From an uncultured Clostridia bacterium (GTDB lineage: Bacteria; Bacillota; Clostridia; TANB77; CAG-465), in the NCBI GenBank assembly GCA_944388545.1, contig CALXJE010000040.1, forward strand, positions 13,938 to 77,937: 64,000 nt of DNA, given 5' to 3'. Position 1 is the stretch's first letter, and each line of letters begins with the position of its first letter. The translations under genes and the position numbers were made by a program. This document shows, one piece after another, positions 20,167 through 32,553 of the stretch. Below the pieces are notes generated by a model. It made no database searches, was not told the DNA's origin, and saw only the letters and a list, made by a program, of their open reading frames with translations.

Positions 20167-21996
20167 TTATTCTTTTGTGTCATCTTCTACTTTATAATCG
20201 GCATCATGTACTACATTTTCTGCACCTTCTGCAGTTTCCCCTGCCTGCTGACCTGCAGCTGCTTGAGCTTCTGCATATAGTTTTTGAGAAATTTCATAGA
20301 ATATCTGTGTTAATTTTTCACTAGCTGATTTTATTGCTTCAACATCTGTTCCTTCTAAAGCTTTCTTTACATTTTCTACTTCTACTTCTACTTTTGATTT
20401 TTCTTCTGCAGAAATTTTTCCGTCTAATTCTTTTAATGTTTTTTCTGTATTATATACTAATGAATCAGCATTGTTTCTAACTTCAACTTCTTCTTTTCTC
20501 TTCTTATCTTCTGCAGCATGAGCTTCTGCTTCTTTAACAGCTTTATCAATTTCTTCTTCAGTAAGATTTGTACTTGCTGTTATTGCTATTTTTTGCTCAT
20601 TATTTGTAGCCATATCTTTAGCTGAAACATGCACTATACCATTTGCATCTATATCAAAAGATACTTCAATTTGTGGTACTCCTCTTGGAGCTGGTGGAAT
20701 TCCTGTCAAACTAAATCTTCCTAAAGTTTTGTTATATGCGGCTATTTCTCTTTCTCCTTGAAGCACATGAACTTCTACCGATGTTTGGCCATCTGCTGCT
20801 GTTGAGAATATTAGTGATTTTTTAGCTGGTATTGTAGTATTTCTTTCAATAAGTTTTGTAAATACTCCACCATAAGTCTCTATTCCAAGTGATAGAGGTG
20901 TTACATCAAGAAGCACTAAATCTTTAACTTCTCCTGTAAGTACTCCTCCTTGTATTGCAGCACCTATTGCTACACACTCATCAGGATTTATTCCTTTATA
21001 TGGTTCTTTACCAGTTATTCTTTTTACTGTTTCTTGTACTAAAGGTATTCTTGTAGATCCACCTACTAGTAATATTTTATCTATTTTATCAAATGTTAGT
21101 CCTGAATCTTTTATTGCTTGATTTACAGGTCCCACTGTAGATTCTACTAAATCACCGATTAGTTCTTCGAATTTAGCTTTTGTTAATACAATATCTAAAT
21201 GTTTTGGTCCTGTACTATCTGCAGTTATAAATGGAAGGTTAATCTGAGCTTGTGCAACTGAAGATAATTCAATTTTAGCTTTTTCTGCTGCTTCTTTAAG
21301 TCTTTGCATAGCCATATTATCATTTGATAAATCTATTCCATTATCTTTTTTAAATTCTGCTACTAAATAGTCTATAATTCTATTATCAAAGTCATCTCCA
21401 CCTAGTTTATTATTACCAGCTGTAGATAATACTTCGAACACACCATCACCAATGTCTAGAATTGATACATCAAATGTTCCTCCACCTAAGTCATATACCA
21501 TTATTTTTTGGTCTCCATCTTTGTCTAGACCATAAGCAAGTGATGCTGCAGTTGGTTCATTTATAATTCTAAGAACTTCAAGACCTGCTATTCTACCAGC
21601 ATCTTTAGTTGCCTGTCTTTGAGAATCACTAAAGTAAGCTGGAACTGTGATAACTGCTTGCGTTACAGTTGTTCCTAAATAGCTTTCTGCATCTGCTTTT
21701 AATTTTTGAAGTAACATTGCTGATATTTCTTGTGGTGTATATTCTTTATCATCTATTTTTACTTTTCTATCAGATCCCATATCTCTCTTTATAGAGATAA
21801 CAGTTCTGTCATGATTAGTAACTGCCTGTCTTTTTGCAACTTGACCTACTAATCTTTCCCCATTTTTTGCGAATGCAACTACAGATGGAGTTGTTCTTGC
21901 TCCTTCTGAATTAGGGATTACTGTTGGTTCGCCGTTTTCAATAACTGAAACACATGAATTAGTTGTTCCTAAATCAATTCCTATAACTTTTGACAT
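20167..21996 (-). CDS. dnaK: Molecular chaperone DnaK (Hsp70)
   Basis: [19 protein letters not shown], full Hsp70 length, acidic C-terminus. Confidence 0.97.
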   Translation of the reverse strand: MSKVIGIDLGTTNSCVSVIENGEPTVIPNSEGARTTPSVVAFAKNGERLVGQVAKRQAVTNHDRTVISIKRDMGSDRKVKIDDKEYTPQEISAMLLQKLKADAESYLGTTVTQAVITVPAYFSDSQRQATKDAGRIAGLEVLRIINEPTAASLAYGLDKDGDQKIMVYDLGGGTFDVSILDIGDGVFEVLSTAGNNKLGGDDFDNRIIDYLVAEFKKDNGIDLSNDNMAMQRLKEAAEKAKIELSSVAQAQINLPFITADSTGPKHLDIVLTKAKFEELIGDLVESTVGPVNQAIKDSGLTFDKIDKILLVGGSTRIPLVQETVKRITGKEPYKGINPDECVAIGAAIQGGVLTGEVKDLVLLDVTPLSLGIETYGGVFTKLIERNTTIPAKKSLIFSTAADGQTSVEVHVLQGEREIAAYNKTLGRFSLTGIPPAPRGVPQIEVSFDIDANGIVHVSAKDMATNNEQKIAITASTNLTEEEIDKAVKEAEAHAAEDKKRKEEVEVRNNADSLVYNTEKTLKELDGKISAEEKSKVEVEVENVKKALEGTDVEAIKSASEKLTQIFYEISQKLYAEAQAAAGQQAGETAEGAENVVHDADYKVEDDTKE

Positions 21997-22085
21997 AATA
22001 AATTCCTCCTATTAATACTTCATTTTTTTATTATATGTAAGCTTTTATATAATTTAAATATATTATATAAAAGAGTTTACCTTAA

Positions 22086-22661
22086 TTAATTTGCAACTTT
22101 GACCATTGCATGTCTAATAACTTTATCTTTTATTTTGTATCCTTTTCTAAATATTTCGACTATTTCTTTTTCTCCATATTTATCATCTTCTAAATGCATA
22201 ACTGCTTCATGAAACATTGGGTCAAATTCTTTGCCAATACACTCTATTTCTTCTACGCCATACTTTTTAATTACATCTTTTATTTGAGAATATATCATTT
22301 CCATTCCGGTTTTAAATTTTTCATCTACACATTCATGAGTTAATGCATTTTCAAAATTATCTAATATTGGCAATAAATCTTCAACTATTCCTGCTACTAT
22401 AACTTTATGTAATGATTCTTTTTCCTTAGAAATCCTCTTTTTATAGTTATCGAAATCTGCCATATTACGTTTTAAAGAATCATAGTATTCATCTGCCAAC
22501 TTCCTTTGTTCCATTAAATCATTATTTAATTTTGCTATATATTCATCCGCCTTATCAGCAGTTAAATTTTTTTGAGGTCCAGTTTTTTCCTCTTTTTGTT
22601 CTTCTTCAATATTTTGAATATCTTCTTCTAAGATTTCTTTATCTTCTTTCTTGGCTGCCAC
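22086..22661 (-). CDS. grpE: Nucleotide exchange factor GrpE
   Basis: Coiled-coil N-terminus, GrpE core ...FDPMFHEAV... Confidence 0.9.
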   Translation of the reverse strand: MAAKKEDKEILEEDIQNIEEEQKEEKTGPQKNLTADKADEYIAKLNNDLMEQRKLADEYYDSLKRNMADFDNYKKRISKEKESLHKVIVAGIVEDLLPILDNFENALTHECVDEKFKTGMEMIYSQIKDVIKKYGVEEIECIGKEFDPMFHEAVMHLEDDKYGEKEIVEIFRKGYKIKDKVIRHAMVKVAN

Positions 22662-23697
22662 CTTCTACATCCTCCTCATTTTTACTAAATATATTTTTTA
22701 ATTTATTATTAACATATTTTAAAGTAGCTATAGCTTTTGCATAATCAGTTCTTTTAGGTCCTAAAACTGCTAATTTAGTGTTAACATTTAAATTATCCAT
22801 ATCAAGAGATATGATACTATAGTCTTTTAACAACACATCATGATGCTCACTACCTATAACTATTGAAACATCATCTTCTTTTATTTTTTCCATAACTTCG
22901 TTTATTATCTCTTTAGTACTAAGTATGTTAAGTAGTTCTTTCATTTTATCTGTATTAGAAAATTCAGGTATATCAAGTAATGATTTTATATCTGTTTTTA
23001 CATTATTTGGCGAATCTTCTTTTATTTCATAATTAAGAGAGACTGCCAGTGCACTTAATATATCAGAAAATTTATTAAGTTGATTATTTATTGCTGAGCT
23101 TAATACATTAGGTAAACTCTCAAGTGGAGTTCCTTTTAAATTCTGATTAAGTAATTTATTTAACTCATCTATTTTATCTTCCGGTACTGTATCTGTTATT
23201 TTTATTATTACATCTTTTACTGTTCCTGATTTAGACATTAGTATTATAAGAAGAATTTTATCAGAAACTTTAAGAATTTTTACATTTTCTATTACATCTT
23301 TATTCTCTATGTGAAGTACAGCAGGTAAATTTAATACCTTTGATATAACATTTGCTGCATTTTCTAATGTTGCTTCTATACTACCATAACTTACTATATT
23401 ATTATTTATATAATCTATATCTACCATTGTAAGTATATTTTCCTTCATAAGGTTATCAACATAGTATCTATACCCTTTAGTTGAAGGAACTCTACCTGCA
23501 GATATATGTGGTTGTTCTAAAAGTCCTATTTCTTCTAGCTGTTTCATTTCATTTCTTATAGTAGCAGAGCTAAATTCTCTTTCATATTTTTCAGCTATGG
23601 TTTTAGATGCTACAGGCTCTGCAGATTCAATATAGTTTTCAACAATTGTAGTAAGTATCTTTTTTTTCCTCTCATCTAAATTCATATGCATCACCAT
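22639..23697 (-). CDS. hrcA: Heat-inducible transcription repressor HrcA
   Basis: MNLDERKKKILTTIVENYIESAEPVAS... Gene order hrcA-grpE-dnaK-dnaJ. Start may be at the internal MNLDE (23685). Confidence 0.9.
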   Translation of the reverse strand: MVMHMNLDERKKKILTTIVENYIESAEPVASKTIAEKYEREFSSATIRNEMKQLEEIGLLEQPHISAGRVPSTKGYRYYVDNLMKENILTMVDIDYINNNIVSYGSIEATLENAANVISKVLNLPAVLHIENKDVIENVKILKVSDKILLIILMSKSGTVKDVIIKITDTVPEDKIDELNKLLNQNLKGTPLESLPNVLSSAINNQLNKFSDILSALAVSLNYEIKEDSPNNVKTDIKSLLDIPEFSNTDKMKELLNILSTKEIINEVMEKIKEDDVSIVIGSEHHDVLLKDYSIISLDMDNLNVNTKLAVLGPKRTDYAKAIATLKYVNNKLKNIFSKNEEDVEGGSQERR

Positions 23698-23703
23698 TTA
23701 ATT

Positions 23704-23730
23704 TTAGCACTCTTTTTGTTCGACTGCTAA
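23704..23730 (-). promoter_or_regulatory. CIRCE operator (HrcA binding site) upstream of hrcA
   Basis: TTAGCACTC-N9-GACTGCTAA versus consensus TTAGCACTC-N9-GAGTGCTAA (1 mismatch), 7 nt upstream of the hrcA start. Confidence 0.85.
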
Positions 23731-23825
23731 CACATGTATATATAATAATACCAATTGCATATAAAGTCAATACAATTGGTATATTTTTTTGTGAATTTTT
23801 TGTAACCTCTTAATAAGTACCCGTT

Positions 23826-25067
23826 TTACATTATATAAAGTGTTAATCGAAAACCGAAGTTAACGTCGCAGTTAGTCGGAATATTACCGTAACGAGAGCA
23901 AGCTCGATTTTCTGGTCCAACAAGATAGGAATAGAAATCTCCTCGGCTAATACGATAACTACTACCGTTAGCTTCCATAGTCCATTCATATACATTCCCT
24001 GCTAAGTCATATATATTCTTTGCTTTCCAATTTTCATGTGCTCCTGTTTTTGCCGGATTATTTGGACTTACTGATGTTCTATCTGGATTATTATAATAAT
24101 TTCCCCATGATGTACTATCATTTACATTATGCTCGTTATCTGCTATAAACCTTAATACTGCATCCCACTGCACACTATATATTAATGTTGATTTTACTGA
24201 AGTGCTTGACTTATATAAATTTCTTGATAGTTCTACTGCCCCTTTTCCTTGATTTTTACTACTATATGTTACATCTCCTTCTGCTGATGTCATACTTGGT
24301 CCCCAACCCACATAATTATATACATATGCATCTTGTTTTACTACCATGTTTGTCGTTCCATTAGCTACATTAGTTCTTTCTGTCTCACTTCCTGCTTCAT
24401 ATCTTCCTATATAAAAGCCTCCATACTTTTCTACACTTTCTTTCATTTTTTTATATTCTGCATATTCTCCTGTTAAATCATTTGTTTCTGTTATTGTTGT
24501 ATTATATGAATATGGCTCTGTATAATATGAAGATAATCCTGATGTTGGCGCATTATTTGACCATGCTGTCCTTGTAAACTCAGATGTATCTACTGGCACC
24601 CATACAAATTGATTTCTTGTTGTCTTTGCGTCCGTGTCTGTTGATACTTTTTCCTTTCCTTCATATATTACTAGTCCCCCAGCTATTGTATTTTCTCCTT
24701 CTATATCTGATACCACAAATCCTTCTGGCACTGTTACTATTGATATTTTACCTGCATCTGATATATATATTAGCCCTAAATCTTCATCACTAAAACCTTG
24801 ATCTTTTAATTTGTCTTTTATATATTCTTCTGCACTTCTTGTTTCATTATCCATTTCTGTTGCTAGTACCCATTCTCCGTATGCTATATTTGCTGCTTCT
24901 TTTAGTGTTGCCATGTCACTTGCCTTTTTTGCTTCTTTTGCTCTATCTATTACTCCGCTATTATTTAATGTTAATATTATTGCTCCTGCTAATATTATCA
25001 TGATTATTATTGTTATTATTAACACTATCAATGATATACCTATCCTTTGTTTTTTTCTTGTTTTCAT
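23826..25067 (-). CDS. Membrane-anchored FGE-sulfatase (SUMF1/formylglycine-generating-enzyme-like) domain protein, paralog 1
   Basis: N-terminus MKTRKKQRIGISLIVLIITIIIMIILAGAIILTLNNSG (signal anchor, pilin-like). C-terminus NIYDLAGNVYEWTME...ISRGDFYSY...RACSRYGN......NFGFRLTLYI matches the FGE-sulfatase signature. Confidence 0.65.
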   Translation of the reverse strand: MKTRKKQRIGISLIVLIITIIIMIILAGAIILTLNNSGVIDRAKEAKKASDMATLKEAANIAYGEWVLATEMDNETRSAEEYIKDKLKDQGFSDEDLGLIYISDAGKISIVTVPEGFVVSDIEGENTIAGGLVIYEGKEKVSTDTDAKTTRNQFVWVPVDTSEFTRTAWSNNAPTSGLSSYYTEPYSYNTTITETNDLTGEYAEYKKMKESVEKYGGFYIGRYEAGSETERTNVANGTTNMVVKQDAYVYNYVGWGPSMTSAEGDVTYSSKNQGKGAVELSRNLYKSSTSVKSTLIYSVQWDAVLRFIADNEHNVNDSTSWGNYYNNPDRTSVSPNNPAKTGAHENWKAKNIYDLAGNVYEWTMEANGSSYRISRGDFYSYLVGPENRACSRYGNIPTNCDVNFGFRLTLYIM

Positions 25068-25184
25068 TTTTTCCCTCTTTTCCTTTATTTTTTCTTTTTT
25101 ATATATTTATATTATTTCATATATAAAATAATTTTACAAGTGTTGTTTAATATATTTTTTAACTTAATATATCTCTTGTATTCT

Positions 25185-25559
25185 TTAATTAAATAGCCTT
25201 CCATATTTTTCGGTTGAATATTCAACTATATAATCAATTCTAGAGATTAAATATTCTATATCAGACATATTTACCTCATTCATATCTAGTGTATTATACT
25301 CAGAATTAACGCCAAGCATAGCCATAAAAAGTTCTTTATCTTTGTCAAGATATTCTTTGATTATGTTTGTTATACTTGTATCTTCTAATTTCACTTTAAA
25401 TTGTTTAATTAATATATTTATATTCACAAATTCAAGTAATGCTGCAGCTTTATAATAGGCTTCTTTATATAGTTTATTATCAATACATTTCTGAATCTTG
25501 CTTAACATTTGTTTTAATTTTTCATATTTTGATATATTACAAAACAACTTATCATTCAT
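25185..25559 (-). CDS. Hypothetical protein (124 aa), translationally coupled to the upstream 359-aa ORF
   Basis: 4-nt ATGA overlap with the upstream gene. No recognisable domain. Confidence 0.5.
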   Translation of the reverse strand: MNDKLFCNISKYEKLKQMLSKIQKCIDNKLYKEAYYKAAALLEFVNINILIKQFKVKLEDTSITNIIKEYLDKDKELFMAMLGVNSEYNTLDMNEVNMSDIEYLISRIDYIVEYSTEKYGRLFN

Positions 25560-26635
25560 CTTCCATCACCCCTTGTATCGTATGCTCCTTTTACCTTCAA
25601 ATAATGAGCATATCTCGGATTTGTTTTTTCAATGTCATTAATTTTCTCTAGCTGCTTTTCTTCTGTCATACCTCTAAGAGATTTTAAAAATTTTTCTGCA
25701 TCTTCTGATACATTGCTACTTAGCATGATGTTGTTTTTCTCAAAAAGAACTTGATCATATTCTTTATTACTTAGCAGATCAAATATTGCTCTACGATTAA
25801 TATTTATCTCTTCATCTAAATTCTTAGATAATACACTCTCATCTACATACTTATTTTTACTTAATCTATTTTGGGTATTAACTGATGCCTGCGCTTCTAA
25901 TTTTGGATCCATTAGGTGAACCGCAAACTGTCCGTAATATGGTAAATCCATTACAAAAGCTTTTTGTGATTTTCCATTTTTATTAATACTATCTTTTATA
26001 CCATAATTGATATCAGGTCTATCTTTAAGTTTTACTAACATCTTTTGAAGAGAGTATTCTTTTAAGTAAAAAGCTGTACTTTCTGCTTCTACAAGTTCTC
26101 CAAATCCATCTGTTTTAAATTGATTAACATCAATTCCTAGATATTCACATTCTCTACTTAGGGTATAATTAATATAACCTTGCTTGTCTTTTTTTGAATA
26201 ATGAAATTGTCTTCTAATGCCTTTTAAAATGTTAGCCTCTGAAGATTTATCTACACTATCACTTGCATATTCTCTTATTTTTTTTCTCATTATATCTGTT
26301 ATACTATGTGCTATTCTATTTGAAATCGTCACACATAGTGCAAGCTCTACTATATCCTCACCAGAAGCTTCAGATAATATATCTTCTATAGTAGTATCTT
26401 TATCTATAAAAGTTTGCATTTCTGTTGGTTTTTCTTCCTCTTTATCGTTATATTTATTTAACCAATTTGGTTCTAGCTCATTGTACGCAACTAATATATT
26501 TTTTAACATCTCATAATTATCTGCCAAACAGTCCTCTATCAATGAAAAATTTAAATTTTTAACTCTATTTTTTCTAGAATTTGCCCTTTCTAATTCTAGT
26601 TCTTTATCTATTTTATTGAAATTAACGCCTTTCAA
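25556..26635 (-). CDS. Hypothetical protein (359 aa), unknown function
   Basis: TTG start preceded by GAGGTG RBS. Soluble, charged. No Walker, HExxH or other catalytic signature recognised. Confidence 0.5.
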   Translation of the reverse strand: MKGVNFNKIDKELELERANSRKNRVKNLNFSLIEDCLADNYEMLKNILVAYNELEPNWLNKYNDKEEEKPTEMQTFIDKDTTIEDILSEASGEDIVELALCVTISNRIAHSITDIMRKKIREYASDSVDKSSEANILKGIRRQFHYSKKDKQGYINYTLSRECEYLGIDVNQFKTDGFGELVEAESTAFYLKEYSLQKMLVKLKDRPDINYGIKDSINKNGKSQKAFVMDLPYYGQFAVHLMDPKLEAQASVNTQNRLSKNKYVDESVLSKNLDEEININRRAIFDLLSNKEYDQVLFEKNNIMLSSNVSEDAEKFLKSLRGMTEEKQLEKINDIEKTNPRYAHYLKVKGAYDTRGDGR

Positions 26636-26702
26636 ATAATCACCTCAAATATATAAATTAAGCTATCATATAATTAAGTAATTGTCAATTAATTTTATAA
26701 AG

Positions 26703-26735
26703 AAAAAAATCACGTTAATACGTGACTTCTTTCTT
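26703..26735 (-). terminator. Weak intrinsic terminator after the 75-aa ORF
   Basis: TCACGT-TAAT-ACGTGA stem with a U-run on the minus strand. Confidence 0.35.
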
Positions 26736-26961
26736 AAATTTTTATTAATCTTCCAATTTTCTTATGTATTTCTTCTAGAGATTGATAATAATATTCATCT
26801 TTATCTTCTCTATCAAGGCTTGATAACTCAAAATCGATTTCAAGTAGTTTTGCACATTTTGCTAAATATTCTTTGTACTCTGGATTAAAACTATCAGTTA
26901 CATTAGGACTTTTTTGAGTAAAATCTTTAATTTTATTTCTTAATTCTTCAACCGTTACCAT
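26734..26961 (-). CDS. Small hypothetical protein (75 aa)
   Basis: ORF MVTVEELRNKIKDFTQKSPNV...; acidic. No known motif. Confidence 0.4.
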   Translation of the reverse strand: MVTVEELRNKIKDFTQKSPNVTDSFNPEYKEYLAKCAKLLEIDFELSSLDREDKDEYYYQSLEEIHKKIGRLIKI

Positions 26962-27072
26962 ATTAAGTAACCCTCCTAAAAAATTTTTTTAGAGTTGTTT
27001 TTATATAAATCCTGTAATATTATACCATATTTTAATTTTTATGTCAAATGAAGTTCGATTTCAAACTTAAAT

Positions 27073-27702
27073 TTAGCCATTAATAATTTTAGCGCAGAAA
27101 CTTGGTCTATGGATTTTAGTAAGTCCATATTTTTTTATAGCTTCTATATGTTGTTTTGTTCCATAGCCTTTATGTTTAGCAAATCCATACTCTGGATACT
27201 CTTTATCATATTCTCTTAACATTCTATCCCTTGTAACTTTAGCTATTATAGAAGCAGCAGCAATTGACTCACTTAATGCATCTCCAGATATAATTGTTTT
27301 TCTATCAGTATCTATAGATATATTTTGGTTTCCATCTATAAGTATGAAATCGGGTTTTATACTTAGATTATTTATTGCTTCTTTCATTGCCTCTTTAGTA
27401 GCATTCAATATATTTATTTCTTCTATTACTTCTACATCTGATATACCTATACCAACTGCTACCGCATTTTGCATTATATCATCAAATAGTTTTTCTCTTT
27501 TCTTTTCAGATAGTTTTTTTGAATCATTTACTCCCTCTAAATGTGCATCTTTATTTAATATAACGGCTGCTGCAACTACTGGTCCACAAAGGGGTCCCCT
27601 GCCAGCTTCATCAACTCCGCATATATATTTATATCCTTTTTCATATGCTTCATTTTCATATTTTAACATATTGTCTAATCTTTGTAATTCTTCTTTATTC
27701 AT
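27073..27702 (-). CDS. rnhB: Ribonuclease HII
   Basis: ICGVDEAGRGPLCGPVVAAAVIL catalytic DEDD region. Confidence 0.9.
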   Translation of the reverse strand: MNKEELQRLDNMLKYENEAYEKGYKYICGVDEAGRGPLCGPVVAAAVILNKDAHLEGVNDSKKLSEKKREKLFDDIMQNAVAVGIGISDVEVIEEINILNATKEAMKEAINNLSIKPDFILIDGNQNISIDTDRKTIISGDALSESIAAASIIAKVTRDRMLREYDKEYPEYGFAKHKGYGTKQHIEAIKKYGLTKIHRPSFCAKIING

Positions 27703-28585
27703 TTTCGTTTACACACTCCATATATACTTCGTTTTTAGTGAGTCCTCTTTCTTTTGCAACTTTCTTTATCGCATCATTTTTATTAAGTCCTGCATTAATA
27801 TATTCTTTTACTAATTCTATATTAGATTTGCTACTTTCTAGCAATGCAACATCTTCATTATTTTCAGTTTTTCCTTCTAAAATAAATACAATTTCACCTT
27901 TAATTCCATTTAGCTGAATTTCAGATATAGCGGAAGATATTGTTATATATTTTCTTTCTTCATGAATTTTAGTAAGTTCTCTAAGCAAACATATTTTTCT
28001 ATCTCCCACTTTTTTATACAAATCATTTAATGTAGTAAGAAGTTTATGAGGTGCTTCATAAAATATCATAGTCCTTTTTTCTTCTGCTACTAAATTTAAT
28101 CTTTCTTTTCTTCTTCTAGAATTTACAGGTAAAAAGCCTTCAAATACAAATGTATCTGTAGGAATATTTGAATATACTATTGCAGTCGTCAAAGCTGTAG
28201 GACCTGGTACTACTTCTACATTAATATTACTTTCTATAAGTTTCATAACTAAAGGTTGTCCAGGATCTGAAAGTATAGGCATACCAGCATCGGATACTAG
28301 CGCCATACTATTTCCTTCTCCTAGCATATTAACTATTTCATTTAACTTTTCTTTTTCATTAAATTTGTGATAGCTTATTAATTTATTTGATATTTCATAA
28401 TAGTTTAAAAGTTTAAGTGTTTGCCTTGTATCTTCTGCTAGTATTATATCTACATTTTTTAATACATCTAATGCTCTTAGTGTTATATCCTTAATGTTAC
28501 CAATTGGGGTGCCAACAACATATAACTTTCCTTTTTCTATCTTGTTTTTTTCCATATTTTTATTTTTTGTTTTATTTCTACTCAT
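27695..28585 (-). CDS. rsmI: 16S rRNA (cytidine1402-2'-O)-methyltransferase RsmI
   Basis: KLYVVGTPIGNIKDITLRALDVLKNVDIILAEDTR; tetrapyrrole-methylase fold. Confidence 0.85.
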   Translation of the reverse strand: MSRNKTKNKNMEKNKIEKGKLYVVGTPIGNIKDITLRALDVLKNVDIILAEDTRQTLKLLNYYEISNKLISYHKFNEKEKLNEIVNMLGEGNSMALVSDAGMPILSDPGQPLVMKLIESNINVEVVPGPTALTTAIVYSNIPTDTFVFEGFLPVNSRRRKERLNLVAEEKRTMIFYEAPHKLLTTLNDLYKKVGDRKICLLRELTKIHEERKYITISSAISEIQLNGIKGEIVFILEGKTENNEDVALLESSKSNIELVKEYINAGLNKNDAIKKVAKERGLTKNEVYMECVNENE

Positions 28586-29351
28586 TTTCTTCCATCCTAT
28601 ATATTTCTTTTATTTGTTTAGAATAATTTCCTGTCTCATCAAATTCTAGTATAACTTTTGACATATTTAAACCTTTTTTTGCATCTTTTACATACTCTAA
28701 TAGTACTAAACTTGGTTTTTTATTTAAAGATGGCTGAAGCATTGTTATATTTTTCACCTCTAAATTATATTCTCTAGCTATAGAGATTAAATCTGCAAGT
28801 CTTTCAGGTTTATGTACTAAATATAGCTTTCCTTTAGTTTTAAGGAGTTTACTACTAGCTAAAAATATATCTTCCAATTTACATTTTTCTTCATGTCGTG
28901 CTATGTATTTTACATTATTTTCGTTTATTATTCCAGTTCCAACTTCTTTATATGGTGGATTACAAACAATTACATCTACATTTCCTGATTTATCTACATT
29001 TTCTTTTATATACTTTAATATCTCTTTATATTCTTTTATATCGTTATTTAACAAGTCTATATCTTTTTTAAGATTATTTAAATTTATATTCCTTATAGCT
29101 AAATCATACATTTCTTTTTGAAGTTCTATACCTATTATTTTTTTATATTTTACTCTTGTTGTAAGTAATATTGGTATAACTGCTGAACCTGTGCAAAAAT
29201 CCACAATTATATTTGAACTTGAATTTGATTTAACAATGCTTGCTAAAAGCACACTATCTATTCCAAACATAAAATATTCTTTATTCTGTATTAATCTTAA
29301 TCCATTTATATTTAAATCATCTACTTTTTCATTTTTATTTAATTTTTCCAA
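28578..29351 (-). CDS. N6-adenine-type (NPPY) methyltransferase, tRNA m6A37 MTase (TrmN6/YabB)-like
   Basis: DFCTGSAVIPILL SAM pocket and CNPPY motif. Sits beside rsmI as yabB-yabC do in Bacillus. Confidence 0.7.
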   Translation of the reverse strand: MEKLNKNEKVDDLNINGLRLIQNKEYFMFGIDSVLLASIVKSNSSSNIIVDFCTGSAVIPILLTTRVKYKKIIGIELQKEMYDLAIRNINLNNLKKDIDLLNNDIKEYKEILKYIKENVDKSGNVDVIVCNPPYKEVGTGIINENNVKYIARHEEKCKLEDIFLASSKLLKTKGKLYLVHKPERLADLISIAREYNLEVKNITMLQPSLNKKPSLVLLEYVKDAKKGLNMSKVILEFDETGNYSKQIKEIYRMEENE

Positions 29352-29441
29352 TATATACTCCTTTATTTAGTTTTAATTATTTATATTTTATGCAAAAAAG
29401 TATATATTTTCAATAGTTTTTGTATTCAAACCCAAAAACTT

Positions 29442-30632
29442 TTACATTTTACCTGCAAGCGTAATACTACTACTTCCATATTTATTTTTTATTTCATCTA
29501 ATGTTTTGTCTATCTTTTCATATTTGTTATGTATTTTTGAATCAGGCGTTGTATCAAATATAGATGTTTGGTAATTTACACTTGTATCTATCAAATTGCC
29601 TACACCTATCCCAATTAATCTAAGCTCCCTTTCTTTATATGCTTCTTTAAGTAATTTTTTAGCTTCTTCATATATTTCTTTAGTAACAGATGTTGATCTG
29701 CTAAGCTTTTTTTGTTTTGTATAATTTTCAAAGTTTTTTGTTCTAATTTGAATAGTAACTGTTGTTGCATATAAATTACATCTTCTTAATCTATATGCTA
29801 CCTTTTCTGTTAATTCTAAAAGCACTTTATTTAATTCTTGTAAATTAGAAGTATCTTTCATAAGTGTCATAGAATGACTTATACTTTTAGGTAGTTCTTT
29901 AACATATATAACTTCTGAATTATCTATCCCGTTTGCATATTCCCACATAGTCTTTCCATGGGTTCCAAATTTTTTTACCATATATTCTAAGTTTTTTAGG
30001 GCTATATCTTTTATTGTATATATGCCTAAACTGTTTAATTTAGGTACCGTTTTTCTTCCAAGCATAAATAATTCTTTTACATCTAAAGGCCACATTTTCT
30101 TCTTTATTTCATTTTTATATAGTGTATGTATTTTATTAGGTTTTTCAAAGTCGGATGCCATTTTAGCAAGTACCTTGTTTTCTGAAACACCAATATTTAC
30201 TGTAAACTTAAGCTCTTTTTCCACTCTATCTTTTATTTCTTTTGCTATAGTTAATATATCTCTTCCCATTAAATACTCTGTCATATCTAAAAAACATTCA
30301 TCTACGGAAAATCTTTCTATTTTATCTGTATACTCTAGCAATAAATTATACAGTTTATCTGAATATTCATGATATCTTGAATGACTTCCTAAAAAAACTT
30401 TCAAATTAGGACATTTTTTTCTTGCCTTATATATTGTTTCTCCCGTAACTATTCCATATTTTTTGGCAATATTACTTTTAGCAAGAACTACTCCTCTTCT
30501 AGCTGCTTCATCTCCCCCTATTACTGCAGGAATATTTCGTATATCTATCTTACTTCCTTTTTCTAACATGTCTATAGCCGTCCATGATAAAAAAGCATTA
30601 TTTACATCTATATGTAATATCTTTCTATCCAC
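29442..30632 (-). CDS. dinB: DNA polymerase IV (Y-family)
   Basis: ILHIDVNNAFLSWTAI...IGGDEAARRGVVLAKSNIAKKYGI... UmuC/DinB fold. Confidence 0.85.
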   Translation of the reverse strand: MDRKILHIDVNNAFLSWTAIDMLEKGSKIDIRNIPAVIGGDEAARRGVVLAKSNIAKKYGIVTGETIYKARKKCPNLKVFLGSHSRYHEYSDKLYNLLLEYTDKIERFSVDECFLDMTEYLMGRDILTIAKEIKDRVEKELKFTVNIGVSENKVLAKMASDFEKPNKIHTLYKNEIKKKMWPLDVKELFMLGRKTVPKLNSLGIYTIKDIALKNLEYMVKKFGTHGKTMWEYANGIDNSEVIYVKELPKSISHSMTLMKDTSNLQELNKVLLELTEKVAYRLRRCNLYATTVTIQIRTKNFENYTKQKKLSRSTSVTKEIYEEAKKLLKEAYKERELRLIGIGVGNLIDTSVNYQTSIFDTTPDSKIHNKYEKIDKTLDEIKNKYGSSSITLAGKM

Positions 30633-30762
30633 TTTATTTCACCTATTTATATTATATAAACATATGTTCTTTTTGTCAATAAAGCTATTTGGTATTAATA
30701 ATAAAATATAACCAAGAAGATTATATAAAATAATTTTTCTTGGTTTATAAGTATATTATAAA

Positions 30763-32370
<1,608 letters not shown>

Positions 32371-32553
32371 TTATTCTCCTTCCTTTACTCCTATTTATAT
32401 ATGCCAAAAACCAAGGCTAATTTTCAAATTAACCTTGGTTTTTATTCTAAATATTTAATTTATTTTTAAGGGTGAAAAGGACCTTGTTTTTCATTGCATA
32501 ATCTATATCTCCTCGTATTATATCTTGTAGCATTTAAAAACAGTCCCTTCTAT

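Noticed and set aside
23826-23900. Possibility that the FGE-domain proteins are true type IV pilins
   Set aside because: The critical Glu at +5 after the Gly is replaced by Val in both paralogues, and the proteins are far larger than pilins. Kept only as a resemblance.
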